Below the pieces are notes generated by a model, which saw only the letters and a list, made by a program, of their open reading frames with translations, searched no databases and was not told the origin of the DNA. From positions 11,718,001 through 11,782,000 of the forward strand of contig NC_043018.1 of NCBI RefSeq assembly GCF_006345805.1: a stretch of DNA of 64,000 nucleotides. The letters are read 5' to 3'. Positions 11,817 to 47,232 of the stretch are shown piece after piece (within the stretch, counting starts at the first letter, position 1; the number at the start of each line of letters is the position of its first letter). The position numbers were made by a program, and so were the translations under genes. This stretch comes from Octopus sinensis. Its lineage: Eukaryota.

Positions 11817-12437
11817 GGTTTCACATCTGTAAAGCGCTCAGCTGTATAGGTGACACATCAGACTCAAATGACTGGAGGCACATTACCTCTCTACAACTGG
11901 AGAGAGGAAAACGACAACGTCAGTTAATTTGGAAAAACAAAAAGTTCCAGAACAAAGCTCTACACTCAAAGCTTTGGGTGAGGTGGAGTTATTGCCTATA
12001 GACCAGTATCAGTTATGTCTACAACAGGCCTTTTGAAGATGCCTGAGTCTGGCAGCATTTCCCTAGTCAGAGAGTTTTACACTTGACTTGAGGACCTTTT
12101 TAAACTTCAGAAAAGAGAGGTTTAGTCAGTACCCTCATCAGAGGAAATTTAAGTTGGAATCATGGAATTCTCCATCTACCAACCAGAGAAAGGCTGCCAG
12201 GCTCAGACATATTTGGCAGGCCCAGGGTAGACATAACTGATACCAGTCGAAGGGAGATAACTCCACCTCATCCAAGGCATTGCCAGTAGAATTTCATTCC
12301 AGAATTGTTTTTGTTTACCAAATAAACTGACCGAGATGTTTTCCTCCCTCCAGTTGTAGAGAGATTATGTGCCTCTGGCCATTTGAGTCTGATATGTAAC
12401 CTATATACAGCTAAGTTCGTTATAGGTGTGAAAGACC
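11817..12437. mobile_element. Fold-back MITE, ~620 bp, with ~260-270-bp inverted arms
   Basis: TTTCACATCTGTAAAG..CAGCTGTATAGGTGACACATCAGACTCAAATG...GGTATCAGTTATGTCTAC on the left pairs with the reverse complement of 12170-12437 along the whole arm. Confidence 0.85.
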
Positions 12438-13249
12438 ACAATAAACAATTTAATCTAGATTGGTTGATTCTTGATACATTACGACAAAGCCAAGAATAAA
12501 TTCTGCCTTCTCTCTAATACTGAACTATTTTTTATTCTTTTTTCTAAAAATCCCCTTCTAAACACGGTTATAGAGCGTGCATACCGATGTAAACATTGGC
12601 AGAAACACACCTTTAGTTCATATAAGTGATCTCTATCATTATATATAATTTAAACATTTCTTACATTTCACATTCACTAGATATATCTTTTTCCAAGACT
12701 ATCAGGGTTTTTATTTAATATACATATAGTCATATACTTCTCATTTATTTAGTTTTTCTTTCCTTTATCCCTCCTCTTTCTATAGGCTACCTCTGACATT
12801 ATATCCTCTAATGTTTTTTGGAAACAAAATAGCATTCACTTAATCCCTAAACAAATCCATCATTTTCTGTTAAACTGTCTTATTGATGAGTTTCATTTCT
12901 TCATTTCCAAGAAGAGAAGATTACATTGTTTTACACCATTTTATTCCTTTGGAATAATACCAGTGATATCTTTGAAACGTATCGGAAGTAAAAGAATTTG
13001 AATAACACCTGAGTTAAACTCCATTTATTTATTTATAACCCATGCTAGCATGGAAAGCGGACGTTAAATGATGATATATTATACAAAATATTTCATGTAA
13101 ACCCCAAGTTTCTACCTTTAAAAACAAGGTGATACAACCTTTTTACTTGTGTGATTTTTTGCTACCCTGGTAACTATTGATATATTTTTTGCATGTTAAT
13201 CGTTAACAAGGGAAAAAAACAACATATTTACTTCATCCACCAATCCGAT

Positions 13250-13475
13250 CGTGGCCATTGCCAGCCTCGTCTGGCACCTGTGCCGGTGGCACGTAAAAAG
13301 CACCCACTACACTCATGGAGTGGTTGGCGTTAGGAAGGGCATCCAGCTGTAGAAACACTGCCAGATCAGACTGGAGCCTGGTGCAGCCTTCTGGCTTCCC
13401 AGACCCCAGTCAAACCGTCCAACCCGTGCTAGCATGGAAAGCGGACATTAAACGATGATGATGATGATGATGATA
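13250..13475 (+). mobile_element. RTE LINE 3' tail
   Basis: Same tail motif as 7090-7370, ending (GAT)6. Confidence 0.8.
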
Positions 13476-14402
13476 TATATTTGTCAATCTATTTATCTAT
13501 CAGTACACATATACATGGGTATATATATATATATGCATCTATAATTCCACAAGTAATACCTATTTCTTTACTACCTACAAGGGGCTAAACACAGAGGGGA
13601 CAAACAAGAACAGACAAATGGATTAAGTCGATTACATAGACCCAGTGCATAACTGGTACGGAATTTGAACTCAGAACGTAACGACAGACAAAATACCGCA
13701 AAGCACTTCGCCCAGCGTGCTAATATTTCTGCCAGCTCATCACCCTTCCAAAGGGCTTAAGAGGCAGTGTGCAATTCCCACCTTCTGCCCATAGCATTAA
13801 TTACATGAGACACAATATAATGGTAGTGGAAAACATATAATAGGAGGGAACAAATATACTCACACATCAGAGGCTGTGCTCATATCAATTTTCTGGCAGA
13901 GACCTGCAGTTATATTAAAGGCAAAATAATGAATATGGATTGTGATCGAAGACAAACCAAATACACATTCGTTAATTTTTAAAGTAAACATTACCATAAA
14001 TCCATTTCATCCAATCTAACCAATTGGTTTCACACACAGTTGCCAAATCTGTGCTCATCAACATGGTGTGAATGGAAAAAATACGGCAAAAACTCTCTGC
14101 CACAGGAGGTCAGCAAGTGTCACATTTGCTTAATGGGTGCTGTGTAAAAACATGGAATGAAGAATCTGTGGGAGAAGATCAGAGGAAGATTCCACCTCAA
14201 GTTACCTGCTTTGCCCCTCAGTGGTAACTACCGGCAATTTTAAAACCTTATATTTTTTTAAATCCTGGCACTTATCCTATCAGTTTCTTATAGTTTTTTT
14301 TATATTAAAACTGAAACCAAGAGTTTATCTTGTGACTTAAGTGTCTCAGTACTGATAATCTGTCTGTCTGTCTGTCTATCTATCTGTCTGTCTATGTATG
14401 TA

Positions 14403-14447
<45 letters not shown>

Positions 14448-14453
<6 letters not shown>

Positions 14454-16113
14454 ATATTTATTCACTTGAATGCAGATGTTCTGTTAGAACAAACTATACT
14501 GTAGTAGGTACCATGAGAGAAAATCTCATATTGGCCTTTGGTGCAAAATGCACTTTTGTTTAAATCACTAGCAAGGAATGAATCCCTGTCATTTCCAGTG
14601 CCCAGATCACCAGATCACGCGATTTTGACCTTCCTTGGTTTTGTCAATGATGGATGCATAACCAGTGGAGATTGCAGTAAACTCATCTCCTCACCACTGA
14701 TATAAAGAACAAGTGCCAAAACAGACACTGGTATCACAATTAGCCAGTGAGCTTGTTCAAATATATTTACTAGCAACTGAGGTTGTATTAATACCGTGAG
14801 TTAATATTTATCCTGATTTAAATGAAGATGTTCTATTAACCTATACTCCCCATCAGAGGTAATATTTATCTGTTGATGTACAGGGGTGCTCTGCTACTGG
14901 CATCATTTCTTTGGTTGTATGTTGTATTTATAATGCATTTCAGGCAATGGTAGTTGGGGGTATATCATTAATTTGCTTTTGGTAAATTGGTAGGTTGGTG
15001 GTAAATGTATTAGTTTCATCATCATTTAGTGTCTATTTTCCATGCTGGCATGTGTTGAATGGCTTGCCTGGAGCAGGCAACACCAGACACCAAACCAGGC
15101 TCCACAGACTGTTTTGGCTGGATTTCTACTGCTCGGTGTCCTTCCTAATGCCAACAACTTTACAGAGTGTACTGGATGTTTTTTACATTTATTTTAGTTT
15201 GTTTGTACATGTTTTGTTTGTTTACTTAACTCTTCAGTATTCAGATGACTCTGTCAATAGCAATGTTTCCTTATTCACATTGGTTTGAATTAATCATGCA
15301 TTATCTTATAGTTTCAAGATTTTGGTCATGTGATTGTTCATTTTTAGAACAACATTGTAGGATAGGTGTGAGAGAATGGATGTGGCTGGTTTGAGTAAAA
15401 ACCAGATAGAATATTTAGGCCTGATATGGCCAGTTTCAATGCTAAATGGTTAGGGAAATTAAATGTGCATGTATGAATGTGTGGAGTAGTTCAATAGAAT
15501 ATTTCAAATGTATTTATTTGAAAAAAGACACTGTATATTTACCTATGGGGTAGTGTGTGTATCTGCATTTGTATGTGTGTGTGGCATTTTGTATTTCTAT
15601 AAAAAAACAATGTGTGTGTGTGAATAGATGGGTGGATGCATGTGGTCAGTTGGTATGCTATATTTTAGATGGGTTGCATGCTTGGTCAGTGGTTTTATTT
15701 GTTTGTTTTTCTTTGTGTGTGCATGTTAAAAACAGTCAATGTTTCCTTCAGTGGTCGAAATTTCAGACATCCAAACATTGGGTTGTCTTTAAGACTCTCC
15801 CTTCCATTTCTAAATTCAGCAGCCCACTTTTACACTGTTAATAAAGTTGGAGTGCCATCCCTAAGGTAGCAACCCTATCAGCATGAATGCCATTGCGGAC
15901 TAAACTCTTCCTCTACAGGAACTTCAGAACACGATACTAATCTCAGCTGACTGCTTTGAATGTGTTTATTCGGAAAAGTAATTAAGAATGTGTTTTATAT
16001 CTAATGAATGGTGCATTTCCTTTTGATTTTGGTCAGGTGTTTATGATATTCATAATACACAGACACACATATATCATGATGTATATACACACACATATGC
16101 ACATATACACATC

Positions 16114-16145
<32 letters not shown>

Positions 16146-16166
16146 ATGTGTGGTGTGTGTATATAT

Positions 16167-16197
<31 letters not shown>

Positions 16198-17901
16198 TTG
16201 TTGATATTTATTCACTTGAATGCAGATGTTCTGTTAGAACAAACTATACTGTAGTAGGTACCATGAGAGAAAATCTCATATTGGCCTTTGGTGCAAAATG
16301 CACTTTTGTTTAAATCACTAGCAAGGAATGAATCCCTGTCATTTCCAGTGCCCAGATCACCAGATCACGCGATTTTGACCTTCCTTGGTTTTGTCAATGA
16401 TGGATGCATAACCAGTGGAGATTGCAGTAAACTCATCTCCTCACCACTGATATAAAGAACAAGTGCCAAAACAGACACTGGTATCACAATTAGCCAGTGA
16501 GCTTGTTCAAATATATTTACTAGCAACTGAGGTTGTATTAATACCGTGAGTTAATATTTATCCTGATTTAAATGAAGATGTTCTATTAAACCTATACTCC
16601 CCATCAGAGGTAATATTTATCTGTTGATGTACAGGGGTGCTCTGCTACTGGCATCATTTCTTTGGTTGTATGTTGTATTTATAATGCATTTCAGGCAATG
16701 GTAGTTGGGGGTATATCATTAATTTGCTTTTGGTAAATTGGTAGGTTGGTGGTAAATGTATTAGTTTCATCATCATTTAGTGTCTATTTTCCATGCTGGC
16801 ATGTGTTGAATGGCTTGCCTGGAGCAGGCAACACCAGACACCAAACCAGGCTCCACAGACTGTTTTGGCTGGATTTCTACTGCTCGGTGTCCTTCCTAAT
16901 GCCAACAACTTTACAGAGTGTACTGGATGTTTTTTACATTTATTTTAGTTTGTTTGTACATGTTTTGTTTGTTTACTTAACTCTTCAGTATTCAGATGAC
17001 TCTGTCAATAGCAATGTTTCCTTATTCACATTGGTTTGAATTAATCATGCATTATCTTATAGTTTCAAGATTTTGGTCATGTGATTGTTCATTTTTAGAA
17101 CAACATTGTAGGATAGGTGTGAGAGAATGGATGTGGCTGGTTTGAGTAAAAACCAGATAGAATATTTAGGCCTGATATGGCCAGTTTCAATGCTAAATGG
17201 TTAGGGAAATTAAATGTGCATGTATGAATGTGTGGAGTAGTTCAATAGAATATTTCAAATGTATTTATTTGAAAAAAGACACTGTATATTTACCTATGGG
17301 GTAGTGTGTGTATCTGCATTTGTATGTGTGTGTGGCATTTTGTATTTCTATAAAAAAACAATGTGTGTGTGTGAATAGATGGGTGGATGCATGTGGTCAG
17401 TTGGTATGCTATATTTTAGATGGGTTGCATGCTTGGTCAGTGGTTTTATTTGTTTGTTTTTCTTTGTGTGTGCATGTTAAAAACAGTCAATGTTTCCTTC
17501 AGTGGTCGAAATTTCAGACATCCAAACATTGGGTTGTCTTTAAGACTCTCCCTTCCATTTCTAAATTCAGCAGCCCACTTTTACACTGTTAATAAAGTTG
17601 GAGTGCCATCCCTAAGGTAGCAACCCTATCAGCATGAATGCCATTGCGGACTAAACTCTTCCTCTACAGGAACTTCAGAACACGATACTAATCTCAGCTG
17701 ACTGCTTTGAATGTGTTTATTCGGAAAAGTAATTAAGAATGTGTTTTATATCTAATGAATGGTGCATTTCCTTTTGATTTTGGTCAGGTGTTTATGATAT
17801 TCATAATACACAGACACACATATATCATGATGTATATACACACACATATGCACATATACACATCATATATATATATATATATATATATGTGTGTATGTGT
17901 G

Positions 17902-17937
<36 letters not shown>
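14448..17937. repeat. Tandem duplication of a ~1.75-kb unit (14448-16197 / 16198-17937), near-identical
   Basis: Identical ORFs offset by 1751 (14995/16746, 15557/17308). A 1-bp indel near 14848/16589. Units are bounded by (TG)n(TA)n tracts. Confidence 0.92.
14570..14790 (+). mobile_element. Degenerate Tc1/mariner-type transposase remnant (duplicated at ~16320-16540)
   Basis: CCCAGATCACCAGATC...TTGACCTTCCTTGGTTTTGTCAATGAT resembles the PRSPDL.P.DF.LWGFVK motif. Confidence 0.4.
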
Positions 17938-17939
<2 letters not shown>

Positions 17940-18262
17940 CCTGTTCAGAATTATCTTTGTGAACAGCTTGTACACGTGAGACAGCAGGCATATGGGTCGG
18001 TAGTTGTTTAGATCTTCTCTATCGCCCTTCTTATACAGCATGATGGTATTTGACTCTTTCCCCTGCGAGGGAATTCTTCCCTCGTCTGGATAATGCGTAA
18101 ATCGCTCAGCGAGGATTTTCCAGAGCTGCTCTCTGCTTCACTTTAGCAACTCAGATGTTATACCGTCTCTCCCTGGCGCCTTTCCGTTTTTCGTCAACCC
18201 GATGGCTCTTTCAACCTCACTGACAAGGATAGGTGGAACATTTTCTTCCTGTTGGAGTGCGA
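17938..18262 (-). mobile_element. RTE-1-type LINE RT fragment
   Basis: Translates to VPPILVSEVERAI...GKAPGRDGITSELL and [34 protein letters not shown]. Confidence 0.85.
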
Positions 18263-18780
18263 AAATCGATTAGAAAATAACGATGATTGACGACCCCTTC
18301 TGTGTTTATGATTTAAGAGAAGAGCAAAAATGGGAACTTGTCATGTCTCAGAGACATCGGTGAAGTGACAATGATCTTTAACATAATTTCTTATAGGTAC
18401 AAGGTGATAACAACCTTAAAAATAATTTATATCGAACCAATTCTGATCCGGTTTCGGCGAAACAGTATCGATAGGATGATGATAATAAAAATTATTTCAT
18501 TTTTATTTCTCTTCATAAAAAATAATTATAATAATGAGGACGATGGTAATAATGACAATAATGTTGAGAGTCTGGCATAATTAGATTGGTTTTCAAAACT
18601 TTCTGTAAAGATGAAAACTGCATTTTTTTCTACATCAAATAAAAATATACAAAGAAGTGTTGATAACAAATTTAAATAGTAAAATAAGTTAACTTAACCT
18701 TATACACTGATCTTTGGGATCGATGTGTGAATAGGGTAAACCGAAACAATTTACAAAGGAGTTAGTGAACGGAAAATTAC

Positions 18781-18820
18781 CTTCTAATAGACTGAAATGG
18801 CACAGATTTATAATTTCCAT
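18781..18820 (-). CDS. Candidate first coding exon of the unknown gene (MEIINLCHFSLLE)
   Basis: ATG preceded by an in-frame stop, strong donor AAG|gtaatt, phase 1 matching the 9736 acceptor, in a CpG-retaining unique region. There is no homology support. Confidence 0.3.
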
Positions 18821-21059
18821 TGATGACGTTATTGAAGTTGGTTGTTACGTAGAAGAGGTCCGAGTCGTTTGATCACATTTAAACTTAATTCATCTAAGAT
18901 ATTAGTTACTCCTGGTCAATTAAATAATCGCGAAGCCCAATTCGCTTCAGTTCTCAGTCGAAACTAATCCATCTCAAGTTTTTTTACAGCCTTTGAATAA
19001 ATCGCGAACAATCTCATAATCTTATTCTCTATCAATTTGCGGTTTCATGCTTACATAAATTTTGCAATGGTGTGCCTGAATGTGCAGTTAGCTAACTACG
19101 ATGTCAGTAAAAATAGAACACCAGGTCGACATTTTATAACCATAGTTAGAGGATACAGGTCGCTAAAGCAATGTATTTCAACGCTGATCATGTTGGTCGT
19201 ATTTCAAATTCTATAATTTCTTTATTAAAGATTTCAGTCGTTAGAAGCATAATGGGAAGTTTTCAACAAACCAGATCTGCGCTCCATTTTCAATCCTCGC
19301 AGAACTATTTCATTTGACCCTTGTGCCTAGAGAAGTGGCCAAATATCACAGCTGGTCATTTACTCGTTCCTTTTTCCTTTTCAGTGGTAGAAACAGAAGG
19401 AACACAAGAGAATGGCATTCCCCTTTGCAATTAATGAGGCAGTTTATAGTCTAACTCCCACCCTCCACCATATCCCTGGCCTTGTGGATTTTAGTGGACC
19501 TCTAGTTTCAAAAAATCTTTTTCCATCCCTCTCCTTTTCGCATCATCAGTGCTATGCTAGTTACAATAGTCTATTATAGCTCATTACAGCATGTAACAAG
19601 AACCCTAGTTAGTAACAAGTGTGTGGCATTGGATTTGATCCCACATTCTTTCACATAGGAATCTCATGCCACAATTCAATCGTAGTTTGATCATGTGTGC
19701 AACTGAGATTTTATCCAATGAATGGCTGATCTTTGGGATGTGGCCCAACTAGAACTTTCCATGAGCAGGGCCAATAAATACAGTCAGTTTAAGTTCCAAA
19801 AGTTCAGAGTATCTTGAGTGAAGTCTGAATTACACTCTCCATGCAGCTGTTCTCGTTGCTGCGTATTCAATTGGGTATAATCAAAGAAGACATGCTACGG
19901 TGCCTGAATGTTTACTTGATATGTAAAAACCAGCCCAAGCGTTAAATTTTGGACAGACATTTTCCTCACAAGTCATATTACACTATTTCATCTTATTGTT
20001 TTCATTAATTGTATTGCATAACAATTTTTCTACTAATGTAACAAAATAAATTATGTTCAAACATAAAAAAAAGCCCCTTTGTTATCAATTTTTTTGTGGA
20101 TATGGAAAAGAAAGAAAAAGCAAAACCGGTGCTCTGCCACTCTGATACTCAACATCAGATCAAGATCCTGGAGAAAATAATCTATGAACGACAACAATAA
20201 AGTAAGTTCTTTTTCATTTCCTTCATGCAACCAGAAGCTAGAACAACAAAGCTTAGACCTCTTCTGGCCTAAACCATACTCTAATTCAATATGGATTTGA
20301 ACAAGACAGTAAATTCATACAGAAAAAAGTAGCAATTTACATGATTCACAAGAAACAAGACTTTAGTTAAACTTCTGTAGAATTGATGGTATGGCTCAAA
20401 TATGTTATGTGACCAGAAATTATTGTTGAGAGAAAAGAAAGGAAATTGGTATCCTGACTGTATCAAGTTACAGTAAATATTTCATTCAAGTGGAATGAGT
20501 ATGTAGCATTCAGTTCCACTGGCTGCATTCTACCATCTAAGGAGAGGGAGAACAAGCCTCGAGTTCTGTTTATATAGACAGTACTTTGTGGAGAGCTACT
20601 GCTCTTTCATTGACTTTAATAAACGGGTGAAAAATTGTGAACAACCAAAATTCACAAGGGTCACAAGGGTCACTGCAGTCCTTTGTTGTCTTTGTCAGAT
20701 TTGGTATGAATAGTAGCATAATGGGAAGAGGGTACACTCCACTTTGGGCAATGCCTTTATGGGGGCAGCACTTTTGGATTTGTTATATAAGCCTGTATTG
20801 GCTTGTGGGTTTGGAATGTGGAGGAACAAACTCAAGGGCTGCACAGACTCTAGCTGTGCCACTGCTATTGAATGTAGATCTCCATTCTGACTATGGTCTG
20901 TATGTAATGATTTACAATGAATCCCTTGTTAAATCTCATTGTAACCAGGCAGCCACCATCACTGAATCATCTTCAATGACAATGATATCACGTAAACCCA
21001 GAAGGCCTGACATTGGGGGGGGGGACTAGTCAATTTCATTGACCCAGAAAGGATGACTG

Positions 21060-22167
21060 GATGAAAGGCTTTGCCATAAATTTTCTCACAATTTCCTTTT
21101 GTAACTCAAATTGCTTCCTTTTCAGCATGGTTTTCAGTTTTGGGAAGATCCAAAAGTCACACAGTGCCAAGTTGGGAGAATAGAGAGACTGTCCAGGAAA
21201 GCTTGAATTACAAGATGTGTTCAAATAGTATCCAACTTGATTTTTTTCACCAACACTCTCCACATGCACAAATCTTCTGTTAAAATGGAATGCACTGATC
21301 CTGTGCTTATTCCCACTTCATGAGTCATTTCCTGGATTCTTACACAATGATCTTTGACTCTTTACTGAACCTTCCCAACAGGTTTCTCGTTATGGTCTGT
21401 CTGAGCATGTCTCATTCATCACTAAACTGTAACCATCATCATCATCGTTTAACGTCCGTTTTCCATGCTAGCATGGGTTGGATGGTTCGACTGGGGTCTG
21501 GGAAGCCAGGAGCCTGCACCAGGCTCCAGTCTGATCTGGCAGTGTTTCTACAGCTCGATGCCCTTCTTAACACCAACCATTCGTGAGTGTAGTGGGTGCT
21601 TTTTATGTGCCACCACCACAGGTGCCGGGGGGGGGGGGGAGGCTGGCAACAGCCATGATCTGTTGGTGCTTTTTACGTGCCACTGGCATGGAAGCCAGTC
21701 GAGGTGGCGCTGGCATCGACCACGTACAGATGGTGGTTTTTACATGCCACCGGCTCTGATGTCGGGGGGCGGGGGCTGGCAACGGCCACGATTGGTTGGT
21801 GCTTTTTACATGCCACTGAAGCAATTTTATCATATGTGTTTTGCCAAAGGCATCATAACCCAAGGCCTGCTGAATCTTCAGGATGGCGTGAGCTTGAGTA
21901 TTACCAGGCTTTTGGCAAAACTTGGTGCAATATCTTTGTTCAATGCATTCAGTCATCTTGCATGAAAACAAAAATGCAACGAGCACACACTATGTGTTTG
22001 TACTGTAAGCAGAACAGCCAGGAACCGTCATGACCTACAAGCATAAAAACTTTTAGGCATGCACAGGAAGGGTGGCATGACCTCCTGATGAAAGGGGTTT
22101 TACCCACATGACATTAATTGTTTGGGGGAAAAAATAAAGTTGGATACTTTTTGAACACACCCAGTAT
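21060..22167 (-). mobile_element. Mariner transposon remnant interrupted by an RTE tail
   Basis: TIR-like TACTGGGTGTGTTCAAAAAGTATCCAAC at 22167. N-terminus MTECIEQRYCTKFCQKPG; C-terminal YSPNLALCDFWIFPKLKTML (the YSPDL motif). Confidence 0.8.
21433..21815 (-). mobile_element. RTE 3' tail with ~3 VNTR monomers inserted into the mariner
   Basis: (CAT)n-CGTTTAACGTCCG tail and repeated GGTGCTTTTTAC(A/G)TGCCAC. Confidence 0.8.
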
Positions 22168-22739
22168 ATTGTAATGACTAAAATAATAATCATATTAAAT
22201 AAACGGCCATCTTAACAAGCAATGAATAATGTTCTTCACTCATTCATTGACGCGATGCAGATTAACATAATTGTTACAAACTGATGACCAACTGAGTTAT
22301 TTTTGTTATGTTTTGTTTAAGAACCACCTTCTTAAAATTTCTGGCCTTTTACATAAGTTAGAAACATTGTTTTCTTTTTTGGTTTGGTTTTGAAGAAGGA
22401 GCTGTATCAATGGTCTTCGCAGACCCCCGGACTATCAATCTGATTAACATTCCTCTTGGACAAGTTGGAGGGGGGGGGGAACCCCAAAAAACATCGTGCA
22501 TGTAAGAAATTTGAGAGGACTAAAGTTCTGGGTTGGAAGAACATGGTGTAGTTATTTAGTACTGAGTGTACAAAGCTGTACATGGGTGATGTGAAGAGAA
22601 ATAAGTGAGCAATGGGTACTTAAACGGAGGTTGCATGAGATGAGCCAACTTTGAGGAGCAGATGTCACTATAGAAGCGACAAAAAAAAAACCCCAAAAAA
22701 AGACGGCAAGGAGGCAGCATGTCTGTTTTTGTTGGCTAA

Positions 22740-23591
22740 AATTAAGCATCGTTCAAAATCGTGATTTGATGCACGTATGGTCTTGAATTATTAAAACTGA
22801 CTTGAGCATTACGTTATATTAACACTTCCCTATTTAAGGAAGGAGTTTTGAAATAGCTATCACTACCTCATAGGGAAGAGAAAGGAGTTTTTTTGAAAAT
22901 CTCTATTTTTTCACGTCTCCTGCCCACCACCTTTTCCCCAATTCTGTATCCTATCCATGCAACGTGAGAATGGTGAGAATATTTTAAAACTGCCAAATCG
23001 AGTTCATAACATGGACTCGATTTTTGGTTACAATCTAAATGTCTTTGGACATAATTCTATGTCCTCTAAAATTCTTAAGTTTTATCTTCCCAAGGCATTT
23101 GGCAGATTCGTGATAGAGAGTGAAAATGCTTCTTAAAATATAATCCCGTGGCAATTAAAACGCTAAAAAATACAACATCCAGAATCAACATTGTTAAAAT
23201 CTCAGATTTATTGTAATTTATTCGCATTTAGGATGTTTGATGAGAATATAAATTCATCTCAATACACAACTGCTATTTTTATCGTTCCGGTAATATGACA
23301 GGACCTATTTTTGTAAGCGTTTCAGAGTGTTTATATAAATTTAATTTTATTCATTTTAATATAAGTTAAAGATATAATAAATCAATAGAATCATATGTTA
23401 ATTTTTGTTTCTTCAATCTAAACTAGTTCTGTCTTCCTGAAAACGTCTACAAAAGAACAAACAAGCAAGAACATTCAATTTTCGTTTTCCGTCTTGAAAG
23501 GGTTTCGGCATTTATGTGTATCATTCGAGAAAGTTCCTCTTTCCAACTCCTGACAGGAGAGCGAGAAGGAAGCAGCATTCGCCTCGGAACG
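22740..23591 (+). promoter_or_regulatory. Putative nudC promoter / 5' UTR
   Basis: Unique sequence directly upstream of the nudC ATG, with visibly more CpG than the flanking introns. No TSS data. Confidence 0.4.
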
Positions 23592-45475
<21,884 letters not shown>

Positions 45476-47232
45476 GCTTTCATTCCATCAACTAAACTAT
45501 CTTGCGGCTGCCTTACTCCAACACTGACCACAACCAGTAAGGCAAAATATTCTATATTAATTTCTAAAAAAGAAAAACACAAATCCCATAGAAATAAGCA
45601 TTCTCCCTAGACCTTTATTTTCTTTTGAAATGTCCTATATTTGCTTGTTTTGAATATTTTACTGTTCAATTAAAACATACATTGAAAATATATTCAAGGA
45701 CTTAATTTTTCTCTAAACTCAAATTTCTGATTTGTTTTACAAATATTTGATTATTTTCAACGTTCAGGTTGTGAAGTTATTTAACCCTAGTTTTGAATGA
45801 GCTGTCCATAGAACATCATAATGCCTCAACAGAATTTCATTTGACCCATGCAAACATAGCAAATAGAAATGCAAACGGTTTAACTACATGACTGGGTGTT
45901 GTCCACTGAGCCACCTTGCTCAGCTGAGAATCATGAAGCAGTGATGAATCCCTCAAGTTGGAGATGATGTCTCTCATCAAGGTGCAACAATTACACTTCC
46001 AGTACACTTATTGCATGTAGTCTGCACTGCTGCCAAATGTTTGGGGACCGTGGTGGGTATTGCAGCTTTTTGTGTATTTTCTTTGTATAGATTGAGTGGG
46101 AAGATGGTTTTAAAGTGCATGTGCACCCATGCACCTTGATCTTTCAAAGGTAGTTTTTCGTTTATTAAAGTGGTCTTTCATATAGTAAAGGTCTTTCATT
46201 TTTTTTTTTCTTAGTATTTTGGGGTTTCAGCACAAAACTAGCAAGGAGTTAACATATCGGTATGTTATTGGCCTCGAGAATGTAAAAGAGCTTTGAGAAA
46301 TGCTCTAACGATTCTGCCAGCTCACCATCTTGTTTAATAATAGAATTCTTTTTCACAGGATCATAAATTACCAAGAGAAAAAAAAAGTCACAAATGCAAA
46401 CTATTTATCAAGTCTTTAATAGAAAAATAACAAATTTTTGTATGTTTTGCATCGAACTTGAAGTGAAAACAACAGGGTTGAGGAATGGGGTCCTAAAATA
46501 TAGTTTAACTTTAATACTTTTTTTTTTTCTGGGGTAATTATAGAGAGAGAAAGGAGTTTTATTCTTTTCAGCAGTTTTTATTTACAGAGTAATTAAAAAA
46601 TTTTTGATTTTGATAAGATTTAGTGACAATCTAAATAAAACACACCAATTATTAAATAAAAACAATCTTCATTTCTGAAAGCTTTTTATAAATTTAAAAT
46701 AAAAAAAAAATTAAGCTCTTTTTCTTTCATTAGATTATTTTGTATATTTTCTTTTCATAAAAAATAAAATAATCAACCAAGTAACAATTTTTGATTTGGA
46801 AAACAATTTTTTTTTTTTTTTTTGTCTCTCATCCATTTCAAAACCCTAGAATAATAAACTCTGCAAAAGTATAAAGAATCATGAAATTTTATGTTTCATA
46901 TTTGGAAAAATTGTTCGCATCACAAGGGTGGGGGCAAATAAAACAAACAAACTAGCCTTTTCTCTGGTGTAAACTATTATTATTGTATGCCTCGTCTGAC
47001 TTAAATAGTTTTAAAACTCATGATGACAGGTTGGAGGGGGGAGAATTTTCACACCTGATTGCTCGACATTCCAGTCGAACTCTTTGTACAGAACTGGAGA
47101 ATTGCTAACACTGCCTGATAATTGCCATCTTCAAAAAATATTCCTCCAGTAGAATGCTTGGATATGTCTGCAACTGTGCATAGGGAGGGGTAGACAGGGG
47201 TGGAAGGAAGGTACCAGAAGAAATTCTGTCTT

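Noticed and set aside
12790-13010. Extra upstream exon of the unknown gene
   Set aside because: The candidate acceptors give stop codons in the frame needed to join the 9736 exon.
19650-20000. Possible DNA-transposon or coding remnant
   Set aside because: Only short open stretches with no motif I could identify confidently.
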